Assembly: GCF_030028105.1 (NCBI RefSeq)
Contig: NC_092379.1
Span: 99,190,408 to 99,254,407, forward strand
Source: Mobula birostris
Lineage: Eukaryota
Length of the DNA: 64,000 nt
Reading direction: 5' to 3'
The notes under the pieces are model-generated. The model had not been told where the DNA came from, did no database searches, and saw only the letters and a program-made list of their open reading frames with translations. Shown here piece after piece: positions 1 to 13,500 of the stretch. A program made the translations under genes and the position numbers. The first letter of the stretch is position 1, and each line of letters begins with the position of its first letter.

Positions 1-215
1 GTGAGGATAGCCGACGGATCTTCGACCCTCGGTGAGGTAGGTGATCTGCCTGTCCCAGCGTGTGAAGTTTAGCGCTGGCAGATTGAGCAGAAGAGACCGA
101 TTAATGGTCCAACGGTCAAGAAGGCAGGCCAGCAGGCGTTGGTGGAGTGCTAAGAGCATGAGAAGGCACTCAGACATCCTGGTCATCCAGTGCAAGAGGT
201 GGTGATCTCTTTAAA
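1..215 (+). mobile_element. Fragment resembling an RTE 5'UTR (different subfamily)
   Basis: CCCAGCGTGTGAAG...GCAGAAGAG...CCAACGG...AAGGC...GTGGAGTGCTAAGAG...GTCATCCAGTGCA is colinear with the RTE 5'UTR at 18355-18205 on the minus strand. Confidence 0.65.
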
Positions 216-277
216 CTCACCCGGCAGTAGTCAAAGGCAAACCACTGCTATAACCTGCTGAGCACGATTTCCCAATA

Positions 278-1167
278 CAGTTGGCCCTCCTTATCCGCGA
301 GTTCCGCATGCGCAAATTCAACCAACCGCGAATTGAGAAAACCCGGAAGTGCTCCTCCAGCACTTGCTGTTCAAACATGTACAGACTTCTTTTTCTTGTC
401 ATTATTCCCTAAACAATGCAGTATTGGAACTATTTTACATGGTATTTATATTTTATTAGGTATTATAAGTAATCTAGAGATAATTTAAAATATACCGGAG
501 GATGTGCGTAGGTTATTGTGGATTGGGATAAAAAAAAAAACCGCAAGTTCTCTTACCAAGTCAGCCAGAACAGCTACATCCGGTATTATTTAGTGTCAGT
601 TAGTCAAACGTTGGCTTAGTATATAGTATATATTTCACCTTTCTATGCATATAAAACACTTAAGAAACACATGTTTCAGCACCGGGCTCAGGAACGGAAG
701 TTCCTGAGTTCGATCCAGTGACAGAGCGCTCCCAGGCGCGCTGTCCATCCCGGCCGGGTTGATGTGGAGATTCAAAAACCCAAAACCCAATAATTAAACC
801 ACTGCATTGCTGTGTAATAATTGTTGCTTTAATCAGGCAGGGCCTTTCTCATTTTATCCTTTAAAATTGTTCCAATTGTTGACCAACTGTAGCCTCACAC
901 TTTTCCAATGATCATGCCTCTTTCTGATCGCTTTATTATTTCCACTTCATTTTAAATCGTGATTGTGATTATTTACGTGAACAGAAACACTACAGATTCA
1001 GAGCTCCGCCGCCGGGTCCTAATGCCCACCACACTAAGACAGGTTAAATAAGATCCAGGGTTCCGCTGGGTCCTAAGGTCCACCGCATTGAGACAGGTTG
1101 AATAAGGAACTTGAGCATCCGCAAGGGGTCCTGGAACCAATCCTTCACGGATAAGGAGGGCCGACTG
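278..1167. mobile_element. Non-autonomous TcMar-Tigger (MER2-like) DNA transposon
   Basis: 23-bp TIRs CAGTTGGCCCTCCTTATCCGCGA / CAGTCGGCCCTCCTTATCCGTGA (2 mismatches); TA on both sides (276-277, 1168-1169). Confidence 0.9.
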
Positions 1168-1239
1168 TATATCAGAGCAGCGTGGAGGGAAATTGTCCGC
1201 CAACTGGCATTTCCAGATGCAACTTAATGCGAGCAAGAT

Positions 1240-1575
1240 ATGGCAGTTATTTCCCATGGTAGGGGATTTTAGGACAAGACGTCACGACTTCAGGATTGAA
1301 GGACGTCCATTTAGAACAGAGATGAGGAGAAATTACTTTAGTCAGAGAGTGGTGAATCTGTGGAATTTGTTGCCACGAGTGGCTGTGGAAGCCAAGTCAC
1401 TGGGTGTATTTAAGGCAGAGATAGATAGGTTCTTGATTAGCTAGGGCATCAAATGGTATGGGGTGAAGGCAGGGAGTGGGGATGACTGGAAGAATTGGAA
1501 CAGCTCATGATTGAATGGCGGAGCAGACCTGATGGGCCAAATGGCCTACTTCTGCTCCTATATCTTATGGTCTCA
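1240..1575 (+). mobile_element. CR1 LINE 3' fragment
   Basis: RTRRH...FRTEMRRNYFSQRVVNLWNLLP...FKAEIDRFL is a CR1 ORF2 C-terminus; 3'UTR ends ...CTCCTATATCTTATGGTCT. Confidence 0.9.
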
Positions 1576-1884
1576 ATTCTAATACCAATTTATCCACAGA
1601 AACCAACAAGTACTGTCTGCAGGTGTTAATGGATTAAACATGACAATTCTTCAGAATGAGCTACATTGTCAACCAAGTAATTTGCTTCCAAAATATTGTC
1701 TCTCCTTAAAGTGCCATGTATAACTCCATAACTACTACATGCCATCCTTTAGCTGCGAGCATCAACAAGAGCATAAATCATTATACAACTGCAAAGACTA
1801 GTTCAGCCAAATCATATCTGGACTTCTGGATGAACAGGAAACATGATTATTTTTCCTTGCTTGAGAGTGCGAAATTAGCTGTGA

Positions 1885-2100
1885 TAGTCTCATTCACTGA
1901 TCAACTTCCCAGCTCTTTACTTCACTCCTTCCCCCCCCCCTTCCAGTTTCACCTATCACCTTGTGGTTCTTCTTCCCCTCCCCCCCCCCACTTTCTTACT
2001 CCGACTCATCTCTTTTTTTTTTCAGTCCTGATGAAGGGTCTCAGCCCAAGACATCAACTGTACTCCTTCCCATTGATTCTGCCTGGCCTGCTGAGTTCCT
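1885..2100 (+). mobile_element. Penelope-like element terminal fragment with degenerate hammerhead motif
   Basis: Pyrimidine-rich tract, then AGTCCTGATGAAGGGTCTCAGCCC and GCCTGGCCTGCTGAGTTCC, shared with other copies in the window. Confidence 0.75.
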
Positions 2101-2668
2101 GTCTATGTGTGACGCCACTTTCAAGGAATTTGGATCTGTATTCCCACAGCCCTGTTCTACTGGACTATCACTCACCATGTAAGCCCTACCTTGGTTGATT
2201 CTCCCAAAGTGCAACACCTCATACTGTCTACATTAAATTCCATTTGCCATTTTTTCAGCCCATTTTTCCCAGCTAGTTCAGATCCTGCTGCAAGCTTTGA
2301 TAGCCTTCCTCATGGTCCAGTATGCCCCAAATTTGCCGATCCAGTTTACCACATTATCATCCAGATCACTGAATAGATGACAAACAACTATGCCCCAGCA
2401 CTGATCCCTGCAGCACTCCACTAGTCACAAGCCTCCAGTCAGAGAGGCAATCATCAATTACTCTCTGGCTTCTCCCACAATGTCTAATCCAAATTTACTA
2501 TCACATCCCGAATGCCAAGTGACTAAACCTTCTTGACCAACTTCCTATGGTGGATCTTGTCAGAGGCCTCGCTGAAGTCCATGCAGACAACATTCACTGC
2601 CTTACCTTCATCAACTTTCCTGGGAACATTCTCAAAAAAAAATGTATAACATTAGTTAGACACAACTT
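2101..2668 (-). mobile_element. CR1 LINE RT fragment
   Basis: Colinear with the CR1 RT at 52205-52810 (GTGACGCCACTTT..., CCAGCACTGATCCCTG, TTAGTTAGACAC). Confidence 0.85.
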
Positions 2669-2799
2669 AAGAAAACATTTTACAGGAAAATGTCAGGGTA
2701 GTTATCTGTCACTTGAAGCTAAATAGAAGTTGGAAGATGCAACAAGGCAGTGATCTGAAACACAAGGGTAAATCAACAACAGCATCGTTTAAAAAGAAT

Positions 2800-4960
2800 A
2801 AAATTTGTGTTTTGGAATGGCCAAGTCAGAGTTCAGAAGAGGCAGGCACTGGAGAAGCTGAGCAATGTAATCAGCAGGCTTGAAACAGGACGCCCTGATG
2901 CCTTGCCTATCACTGTGGGTGATTTCAAACAGGTCAGTTTGAAGTGTCTGAACAGCTACCACTAACATATCACCTGTGGAACCAGAGGAGCCAACACATC
3001 TGACCACTATTACACCACCATCAAGAATGCTTAGTGTGCCATCCCACACTCACACTTTGGCAAGTTTGTTCACCTGGCTATAGGTCTACTCTCAATATAT
3101 AGTCAGAGACTAAACGCTACAGCACCAGTAGCGAGGACCAAGATAGAGGAGCGCTTACAGGAACAGAGTCGGGAGGACTAGACAATATTCCCGGATTCTC
3201 TTCAAGTCTAAATGAATACACCACAGTAGTCACCAACTTTATCAAGACCTGTGTGGATGGGTGACTGCCAACGAGAAAATACTGGACATACCCAAACCAA
3301 AAGCTGTGGATGAACTAGGAGATTTGTAATCTGCTGAGGGTTAGATCTGCGGTACTCAAGACCGGTGATCCAAAACTATACAAGAAGTCCAGGTACGATC
3401 TACAGAAGGGTAACTTAAAGGAGAAAAAGCAATTCTGATTGAGGTTAGAGATGGAATCCAATGCATCTCAGCTCCTGCAGGGTATGCAAATCATTACTTG
3501 CTACAAAGGGAAACCTAACATCGTGAATGACCATGATGCTTCACTCCCAGATGAGCTCAATGCCTTTTATGCATGCTTTGAAAGGGAGAATAAAACTACA
3601 CTTTTGTGAATCCCTGCAGCATCTGGTGATCCTGCGACGTCTGTCATGGAGATCGATATCAGAACATCTTTCAAGAGGGCGAACCCTCACAAGGTGCCAG
3701 GCCTTGATGGTACTCCAGATGGGGCTGCGCCAGCCAACTGGCAGGAGTGTTCAAGGACATCTTCGATGCCTCACAGCTGCATTTGGATATTCCTACATGT
3801 CTCAAACGGACAACAATCATATCAGTGTCCAAGACCACGGTGAACTGCTTTAACAACTATTGTCCAGTACTATTCACATCTACTGTGATGAAGTGCTTTG
3901 AGAGGTTAGTTATAGCTAGAATTTACTCCTGTCTCAGCAAGGACCTGGACCCATGTAATTTATCTATCACCACAATAGTTTTATAGCTGATGCAATCTCA
4001 CTGGATTCCAGTCAGCCTCGGATCACCTGGACAATACAAATACCCACGTCAGGCTGCTGCTTGTTGACTGCAGCCCAACGTTCAACACAGTCATACCCTC
4101 GGTTCTAATCAATAAGTTCCAAAACCTGGGCCTCCATAACTCCCTCCTTCCATGCTGATGACAAAACTACTGTTGGCAGAGTTTCAGATGGTGACAAGGA
4201 AACAAACAGGAGTGAGAAAGATCAGCTGGTAAGTGATGTCACAGCAACAACCTTGCATTCAACATCAGTAAGACCAAGGAATTGATTGTGGACTTCAGAA
4301 AGGGGAAGATGAAGAAACACATGCAAGCCCTGATTGTGGAATCAGAAGTGGAAAGAGTGATCAATTTCATGTTCCTGGGTGTCAACATCTCTAAGGATCT
4401 ATCCTAGACTGAACATATTGATGCAATTACAAAGATGACACAAATAATGGCTATATTTCATTAGGAATTTGAGGAGACTTGGAATATCATCAAAGACTCT
4501 CACAAATTTCTACAGATGTACTGTGCAGAGCATTCTAACTGGCTGCATCACTGTCTGGTATGGAGGGGCCACTGCACAGGATCAGAAAATGCTGCAGAAA
4601 GCTGTAAACTCAGCCAGATTCATCACGGGCATAAGCTCCTCAGCATGCAGGACACTTTCAAAAAAACAACATCCATCATTAAGGATCCCTATCACCCAGG
4701 ACTAGCCCTTTTCTATTGCTACCCTCACGGTGGTGGTACAGGAGCTTAAAGAAACACACTCAATGCTTCAGGAACAGCTTCTCCTCCACTATCAGATATC
4801 TGAATGGACAGTCAACAGATGAACACTACCTCAGTATTTCTTTCTCTCTTTTTGCACTACCTTATGGTGATTTAGTTTTTTAAAATCATTTTGTTCAATA
4901 TACTGCTGCCGCAAAACAATAAATTTCACAACATATGCCGATAATATTAAACTCGATTCC
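2800..4960 (+). mobile_element. Rex1/Babar-type LINE (degenerate), nested in a CR1
   Basis: TSTVMKCFERLV and LRRLGISSKTLTNFYRCTVQSILTGCITVWYG remnants; typical 3'UTR ending ATAATATTAAACTCGATTC. Confidence 0.85.
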
Positions 4961-4964
4961 AACT

Positions 4965-7250
4965 TTGTCTTAGTTCTATAGACTCAATGGCCATTTCCTG
5001 AGTAAATACAGGTGCATAAAATCCATTTAAGATCTCCCTCATCTCTTTCTGGCTCCATCCATTGATGACCACACTGATCTTCCAGAGGACCAATTTTGTC
5101 CCTTTCTATCCTTTTTGCTCTAATATATCTGTAGAAGCCATTGGAATTCTCCTTCACCTAGTCTGCTAGAGAAATCTCACGTCTTCTTTTAGCTCTCCTG
5201 ATTTCTTTCTGAAGTGTCCTCTTGCATTTCTTATACTCAAGAGCCTCATTTTCTCCTTCCAGCTATGCACCTTCATCATCTTCTTAACCAGGGCCTCAAT
5301 ATCTCTGAAAAAATCATGACTCCCTATATCTGTTATCGTAGCCTTTTATTCTGACAGGAACATACAGACTCTGTGCTCTCAAAATTTCACTTTTAAAGAC
5401 CTCCCACTTACCAAGCACACCCTTGCCAGACAACAATGTCCCAATTCACGCTTGCCAAGTCCTTTCTGATGCCATCAAAATTGGCCACTCTCCACTTTAA
5501 AATCTTAACCCAAAGACCAGACCTATCCTTCTACGCAATCATCTTAAAACTGACGGCATTATGATCACTAGATGCAGTATGTTCCCCTACACAAACTTCT
5601 GTTACCTGTCCTGCTCATTCCTCAATAGGAGATCTAATATCACACTCTCTCCAGATGGGTCCTCTATGTATTGATTAAGGAAACTTCTCTGAAGAGATCT
5701 GATAAACTCTATCCAATCCAGCCCTCACTAGACGAGTTCTCTAGTCTGTCCCGTCTGAGCACTGCCATAACATTTTCACTGACTAGTAATGCCACCTCTT
5801 TTCCATTAATCCCTCCTGCTCAATCACATCTAAAACAACTGAACTATGAAACGAAAAGCTGCCAGTCCTGCCCCTCCTGCAACCAAGATTCACTAGTGGC
5901 TATAATGTCATACTTCCATGCCATATACTCGTCTGCTCAACAACTTCTTTATAATACTCCCTGCACTGAAATATACTTAACTCAGAAAATTAGTCCACCA
6001 TGATTCCTGACTTTGTACGTAAGCTTAACAACATCTTTCCCCACAACCACTCCACTATCTGCTCCATCACTCTGGCCCCCATCCTCCTGTAACTTTAGTT
6101 TAAACACCACCACCCCACCTCCTGTGCAGCATCAGAAAACTTTCCTACAAGGACATTAGTTCCCTTCTAGTTCAGGTTGCACGCTGTGCCGTCTGTTTAG
6201 ATCCCACCTTCCGTGGAAGAGAGTCACATGATCCAAAAATCTGAAGCCCTCCCTCCTGCACCACCTGCTTAGTCATGTGTTAAACTGTATGAACCTCCTA
6301 TTTCTGGCTTCATTAGCATGAGGCAGAGGCAATACTGAGATCAGAACCTGGGACATCCTGTCCTTTAACTTAGAACTCAACTCTCTGAAAACACTTTGTA
6401 AGACCTTGTCACCCTTCCTACCCATGCCATTGGTACTGACGTGGACTACAACATTTCAGAATGATCCAAGATGTTCCTGACCCTGGCTTCTGGGAGGCAA
6501 CACACCATCCTGGAATCTTGTTCTTATCCACATAATCTCCCGTCTATTCCCCTAACCAATGAATCCACTATTACTAAGGCTTGTCTCTTCTCCACCCTTC
6601 CATTCTGAGTCAAGGAGGCAGACTCAGTGCCAGAGACCTGACTGCTGTGGCTTTCTTCTGCTAGGTCATCCCCTTCCCAACAACACCCAATGTTTTTGAA
6701 GGGAACAGCCACAGGGATACTCTGCACTGGTTGTCTATCCCTTTTTCCCTCCTGATGACCTGTGTCCTGCACCTTTGGTGTAGCTAACTCTATGAATTTC
6801 TTTGTTGATCAACCCCTCAGCCTCCTGAATGATCCAGGGTTGATCCAGCTGCAGGTCCATTTCTTCAAAACGGTCTGAAAGAACCTGCAGCTGGATGCAC
6901 TTCTTAGAGGAGCAGTCATCAGAGACACTAGAGGTCTTCCAACCTTCTCATGTCCTGCAAGAGGAGCATTCCACTGTCCTGGCTGACATCCCCACTGTTC
7001 AAACTGTGCAAGAAAGAAGGAAAATTAAATGAAAAAAATTCTACCTACAGCTTCCAACACTCCTTGCCAAAGTCTCTATGAACCAAAGCCTCAACACCCT
7101 ACTCTAACACTGGTCGACTGGCACGATGGCTGCACTGCTTAAAGCTAACTAATTGGGAACTGTGGGGCAAAGATTGTCCCCACTGCCTCCACTCGCTTCT
7201 CTTGAAATGCCTCTCCTGCAATGCAAATCCAACACCTCCAAAAAACTGAC
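4965..7250 (-). mobile_element. CR1 LINE 5' part (ORF1 esterase and APE remnants)
   Basis: ORF 6524-6772 (PVAVPFKN...SQVSGTES...ALVIVDSLVRGIDGRLCG) is homologous to ORF1 at 54505-55467; colinear with 53200-55450. Confidence 0.85.
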
Positions 7251-7319
7251 CAAGTAATTATTAGCAGAAAGCTTTTAAAAGTAGAGTTGCAGAGCCGCTA
7301 GAGCACTAGGAAAACACCA

Positions 7320-7905
7320 ACAAACCTGACAGCAAACCAAGTGCTGGAGGAACTCAATGGATCTCGCAGCATCTATAGGAGGAAAGAAACTGTCACTGAC
7401 AGCTCCCACCAGAACCCTCTTCAACTACCTTTGTCTCCTTACCTCTCCTTACTCTGTCCTCCCACTTCACGCACGGGTTTCCACACCCACAAGCTGGTTC
7501 CATATGCCATTCTCTACCTATTTGCATTCAGTGCTTTATGAGCCTGCTTCTCTTCCACCAGCAGCTATCTTTTTACTCCCCTCCTCCAAGCTCGCACCGT
7601 GCTTTTTTGTTTTTCCTCCGTCTCCATCCATCCATCATTCAGCTGCCACTGTATTCCAACTCCACTCCTGTGCACCTCACTTACCTGTCATCTCACTGCC
7701 CTCCTCAGTCCACTAATTGTCTCAGAATAAATTCTTGCCATTCCCTTTCTCCTCTCCATTCAGGCCATCTCATCTCTCCCCTCTCAGTCCTGATGCAGGG
7801 TTTAACTTGCAATGTTGACAATTTCTTCCCTTCCACAAATTCTGCCTGATCGGCTGAATTCCTCCAGCACATTGTTAGTTGCTCCAAGTTCCAGCGTTTC
7901 TTGTG
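7320..7905. mobile_element. Penelope-derived element with inverted termini
   Basis: GTGCTGGAGGAACTCA (7341-7356) is the reverse complement of TGAATTCCTCCAGCAC (7855-7870), 15/16; degenerate CTGATG hammerhead-like core ~7790. Confidence 0.65.
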
Positions 7906-7974
7906 TGACCAACAAATTCAGAACTATAGCATCGTGGATGGGCCTAGAATAATATGGGTCTGCCACCACCCATT

Positions 7975-9315
7975 TTAAGTTGTGACAGGTGGCCCCCTAT
8001 TGAGCATTCTGCACCATTACCAGGACATCTCCTGCCTGATTTGGCAATTTGGATCTGCTCCAATTTACCTCCCATCACAAAAGGTCAGCAACAGATACCA
8101 TTTCATTGGCTCTTTACTCAACCCTCAACTCAAAATTAATCAAAAAGCTTCAGGACTTGGGCGTCAATACTTCCTTGTGCAACTTGATTCGTGATTTCTT
8201 CACTTGCAGATCCCAGTTACTTCGGATTGGCAACATCTCCTCTGCAATCTTCATCAGCACCAGTTCACCACAAAGCTGTGTGTGTAGACCGCTGCTTTAC
8301 AAGCACAGGCGTTATACTTAAAATATGACTGTGAGGCCAAGCACAGCTCTATTGCCATATTTAACTTGCTGATGACACCACTGTCATTGGCCGAATCAAA
8401 GGTGGTGACAAATCAGCATACAGGAGGGAGATTGAAAATCTCACTGAGTGGTGCCACAACAACCTCTTGATGTCAGCAAGACCACGAAGCTGATTATTGA
8501 CTTCAGGAGAATGAAACCAGAGGACCATACGCCAGTCCTCATTGAAGGACCAGAGGTGGAGACAGCAACTTTACATTCCTTGGTATTATCATATCAGAGG
8601 ATCATTTCTGACTCCAGCACGAAAATGCAATTACAAGGAAGGCATGGAAGCATCTGTACTTTCTTAGAAGTGTGTGAAGATTTGGCATGTCATCTAAAAC
8701 TTTGACAAACCTCGGTAGATGTCTAGTGGAGACTATATTGATTAATTGCATCATGGCCATGTATGGAAACACCAATGCCCTTGAACAGAAAAGCCTACAA
8801 AAAGTATTTGATACAGCCCAGTCTATCACGGTTAAAGCCTTTCTCACCATTGAGCACATCTGCACAGAGCACTGTCACAGGAGAACAGCATCTATCAAGG
8901 ACCCCCATCAACTAGGCCAAGCTCTCTTTTTGCAGCTGCCATCAGGAAGGTGGCACAGGAGTCTTAGGACCCATACTACCAGATTTAGGAACAGTTATCA
9001 TTCAACATTCAGGTTCTTGAACCAGAGGAGATAACTTCACTCATCCCATCAATGAAATATTCCCTCAACCTATGGACTTACTCTCCAGGTTTCATCTCAT
9101 GTACTTAGCACTTACTGCTTATTTATTTATTTATTTTTTCTTGCTGTGTTTGCAGTTTGTCTTTTGCACATTGATTGTTCATCTGTCCTGCTAGCTGCAG
9201 TGTTTCATTGATTCTATTACATTTCTTGTAGATACTGTGAATGCCCATAAGAAAATGAATCTCTGGGTTGTAAATGATTGACATTTCTGTACTTTGATAA
9301 TAAATTTACTTTGAA
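7975..9315 (+). mobile_element. Rex1/Babar-type LINE 3' half
   Basis: TTKLIIDFRR, SKTLTNLGRCLVETILINCIMAMYG, LPSGRWHRSLRTHTTRFRNSY; tail AATAAATTTACTTTGAA. Confidence 0.88.
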
Positions 9316-10539
9316 TATCTGGAGCATCCATTGGTACTTCCTGCAGTAGCCAGCTTGGCTTACGAACAAAACATCAGCTCTTGGGATGAGTTTGGTTTAC
9401 AAGCCAATTAAACTTTATGTTACTCATTGACAATTTACCAGCAAGAGACAGATTTACTAAATGTTTATACGAACAAAGCCAAAAATACAAAAAAAAATAA
9501 CTTGTCATAAAACAAATTCATTGCCGTAGCAACTTCAAGTTCATATAACTGCTTTCATTTTGTACAAAGCGTTAAGGGATGAAAGTATAAAGAATTCAAA
9601 GGGAAAAGGCAACAAACAAACAATATAATAAACCTGAAATCTCATGACGTGAATTCCAGTTGTACAGCAGATTTCCTATTTGGATGGGCAAGGAACTGGA
9701 ATGCAAGCCAGATTGAGAAGAACAGAGGCTGCAAACAGGGCTGCACAGCTGGAGAAAATTAAAGTAGAGTTGGGGGACGCCATGCTGGGAACTCATGTTC
9801 GCAATGAGTTAGTGCATTGTAAACAGTACTTATTGGCAAATTCATGTCACATTTCATCTGAGGGAGTGGATGTAGGACTTGCTTCCAAACCTCCAGTTTA
9901 CCACCTTCTCATTGCAAAGGGTGACAACATGCTGGGAAGGGAGAAAATTGGAGCAAATCATCATGTTGATAAAGTTATCTGCTGTATCATAGAATTTTTC
10001 CCTGTCCTGTGATAAATCAGTCTTTACCCTCATAAGACTTAGTTTAAATTATTAGAAAAAAACCACTGACCACTGAAGTTAGTCAATGGAAACTTTAGCA
10101 CGGAAGAGCAAAATCTTAATGGATTTTCTTAAATTATCAGCCCACTCATATGAGTTCATACTTCTTTTTCTAGCCAATTACTCCCCTCATTGTTCCAAAC
10201 AGATTAAGAACAACTATAATTGTACACATCACACTACAACGTTGTTGGTTTGTAGACAGGGATACTGACTAATTATTTCTCAAAACTGCCATTATTTCAC
10301 TGTGTACTCCCTGATGTACATTTCTCATTTACTCTTCAATATTTGATGCTCCATAATTTAATCTCCACGTATGTACTCCTGGAGACATTCTGCTCATGCA
10401 GCATCAGACCAGAGAACTCTACTCATAGCATGAACAGAGAAACGTCTAACCCTCATGTCATCTCCACAGTATTTAACAATCTATGCAATCTATTTCCACA
10501 CACAAAAAAAGTCAAAGCATCTCAAAACTCTCATTTTCA

Positions 10540-13500
10540 TTCATTCACTTTATCAGGATGTGGTTATCACTGGCCAACACTCATTACCCGTAACCACAGG
10601 CTTTGAGACGATATTGGCAAGTTTCTTTCTTGAGGCATTGCAATCATTCTGTTGAAGGCAAGGATTTTTGGGGTGTTGACCCTTCATTAAGTAGTAATGG
10701 GCAAGATACCAAGTCAAAGTGGTGCACGGCTTGCAGAGGAAACCACAAGCAATGGTGTTTTCACACACCTGGTGCTCTTGCCCATTTTGGGAAGTTACAG
10801 GGTCGACAGTGCTGTTAGAGTAGCCTACAAGAGAAACAACAGTGGAGCAGTGAATGATTGAATATTTAGGGTGGTAGGTGGGGTGACAATCAAGCAAAAG
10901 ATTTTGTCCTAGACACTGCTGAGTTTTTTTTTTGAGTGTTAATAGTGCTGCTCCCATCCGGGTGAGTGGAGAGCATTTCAGAATCAGAATGAGGTTTCAT
11001 ATCACTGGCATACGTCATGAAATTTGTTGTTTTGCAGCAGTAGTACATTGCAATATATGGTAATAAAACTAAACTATATATATATATAAAATAAATAAAT
11101 AAGCAGTGCAAGGTGAGAGGGAAGAAGATACCGAGGAAGTGCTCAAGGGTTCATTGCCCATTCAGAAATCCAATTTATCACATCTGTTGGTGGTGAGTTA
11201 TTCTCCACTGGATATCCAGTCTCTCATCCTTCTAGCAACAATGGTATTTGATTACGTGGTTAGGCTTAGCTGAGTCTCTGGTCAGTGATTAATAGCAGGT
11301 TATTGATGGCAGGAAACCTAATACTGGCAATGCCACCAAATATCGAGGATAGGCGTTAGACTCTTATTCATGAATGTTACTTGCTCGTTGTCAGCCCTTA
11401 CCTGAATATTAGTAAGGTCTTTCCTTATGCTGGCACTGTCTACTTTATTTACTCAGTCACTCTACTGTGTAATCAGTAGTACGTATGGCCTTGTAATGCA
11501 AAAATGAAGGAACTGGAGAAGAATGGGCCTGGGACACTGCCTTGTGGATAATCTGGAATGGTGTCCAAGGCTGGATTTATCCAACCAACAACTATCACCC
11601 TTTGTGCAAGATATAACTGCAACCATTAGAGTGTTTTCCTCATGATGCCTGGCAGCTCAAGTTTTACCACAGTTCCTTGAATTCACATTTGGTCAAATCC
11701 TTCCCTCTAACTTCACTTTTCAAAATCAGCTCTTTGGACTAAAGCAACAACAATGTATGGAGCTGGCAGTCTTAGTGAAAGTCAAACTGGCATCTGATAG
11801 TATCAATGACATCTTCCATCATTTCTGCAGACGGTTGAGTAGGTTAATTGGGGAGTAGGTAAGCAGATTTATTTTGCCCTTATTGGTTATGGCAAGCTAA
11901 TCGAGCAATTTTCCACAACGTCTGTAACCGCACTGGCACAGCATGGTAGTAGCACAATTTTGTTGCTCCTTTTCATGCCTTGTGGCCCATCAGGTGGCAT
12001 TTTTGCCACTTTTGTAGCGTTTGACTGTTTTTTTGTGGCCGAATTGCTCGCTCGACACTCAACCCAGCACAGATGAAAAGTGTGCAAGGAGCCGGGCGGA
12101 TTCGAACCTGGGGCCATTTGTCTTGATTTGTCATTTGGTGTTGATGCCACTACACCACCAGCTGGCAGGACGCACAATGTAGTTTTAGACTGATCATCTT
12201 CCGTACTACAGCGAGGATGATGTTGAGTATTCCATGGACTTTTGTTGCGGAGAGTGACCTTGGTTATTTACAATACATGGGTTGAACTAAGTTGGCTGAA
12301 CACCATCTTTCATAACTGTGGAGGTTATAGGAAGTTGAAGTGGACCACACAACAATTCTGGTTAAATATAGCTGTGAATGCTGCAGTCTTGTCTCTACCA
12401 TTCATTTGCTGGGCGTGTCAAAGTTGAGTAATGGGCAACTGAACAGCGAACGAAGTATCCTCCTCCCATTAGCTATTCAGTTGTCCACTATAATTCATTA
12501 TTAGATAGGTAATGCTATGGAGCTTTGATCTGATCACTCATTCCCAGGTCACACCTGCTATTTAGCACACAAATAGTCCTGAGCTGTAACTTCAGCAGCT
12601 TTGGTCATTCATAGACAGGCTTGGTGCCGCTTTTGGCATGAGACCCTGTGCTTCTCACTGAACCAGGGTTCAACCACGTTAAGCCATGTGGTCTCACATA
12701 TTTTAGTGATATTCATTTCTGCTGCTGCAAATGACCCACAGCACAATAAGGATTTCGAGAATTGTACCAAATTCATACTATTTAAAACGACTGCACAATA
12801 TGCTTGGAGAGTGCCCTCCGCAACGTAAGTGGGACTTATTCACCACAAGAATTATGAAGTGGTCATTTCGACCAAGGCTATTATGGACAATCGGATCTGC
12901 CACAGTTGGATTGGCAAAGATAAGTTCAGGTAGAGTTAATCCTCACGTTGATTCACTTACCATCTGTTGCAAATCCAGTCTGGTACCAGTGTCCTTCAAA
13001 AAGCAGCCACTTGGTCAACGGTATGGCTACTAAGCTACATTTGGCGATGGACACGGAAGACCGACCCAGAGTGCATTTTACCCTTTACTAATTTTAGTGC
13101 TTCTTCTAAATGTTGTTCAACATGGAGGGGCACTAGTTCAACACAAAGCAGGCTTGCCGTGACGCCACCTGATTTCTTGAGGTCTGAAATCATTGTTGAG
13201 GATTCCTGGAGCACCTTCCTCCAAAGCTCTATATTCGTGAAACATACAGTGGGACTCTGACATGGAAAATGTGTCCCAGTTTAAACATCAGACCCTAGAT
13301 GTTTGTTAACAGGGCTTTGCAGAATAAACCTGGCTGCGAACAAATTTGCTGTGGTTGAATTTGGTGTCTGGACAGACGCCAAATGGTCTGGTAGCATCTA
13401 TGGAAAGGAATAAAGAGTTGATGATTCAGGCAGACTTCTTTCATCTGGACCCTTCCTCCAGGTTTCTGTGTGTGTGTGTTACTCTGGATTTCTAGTACCT

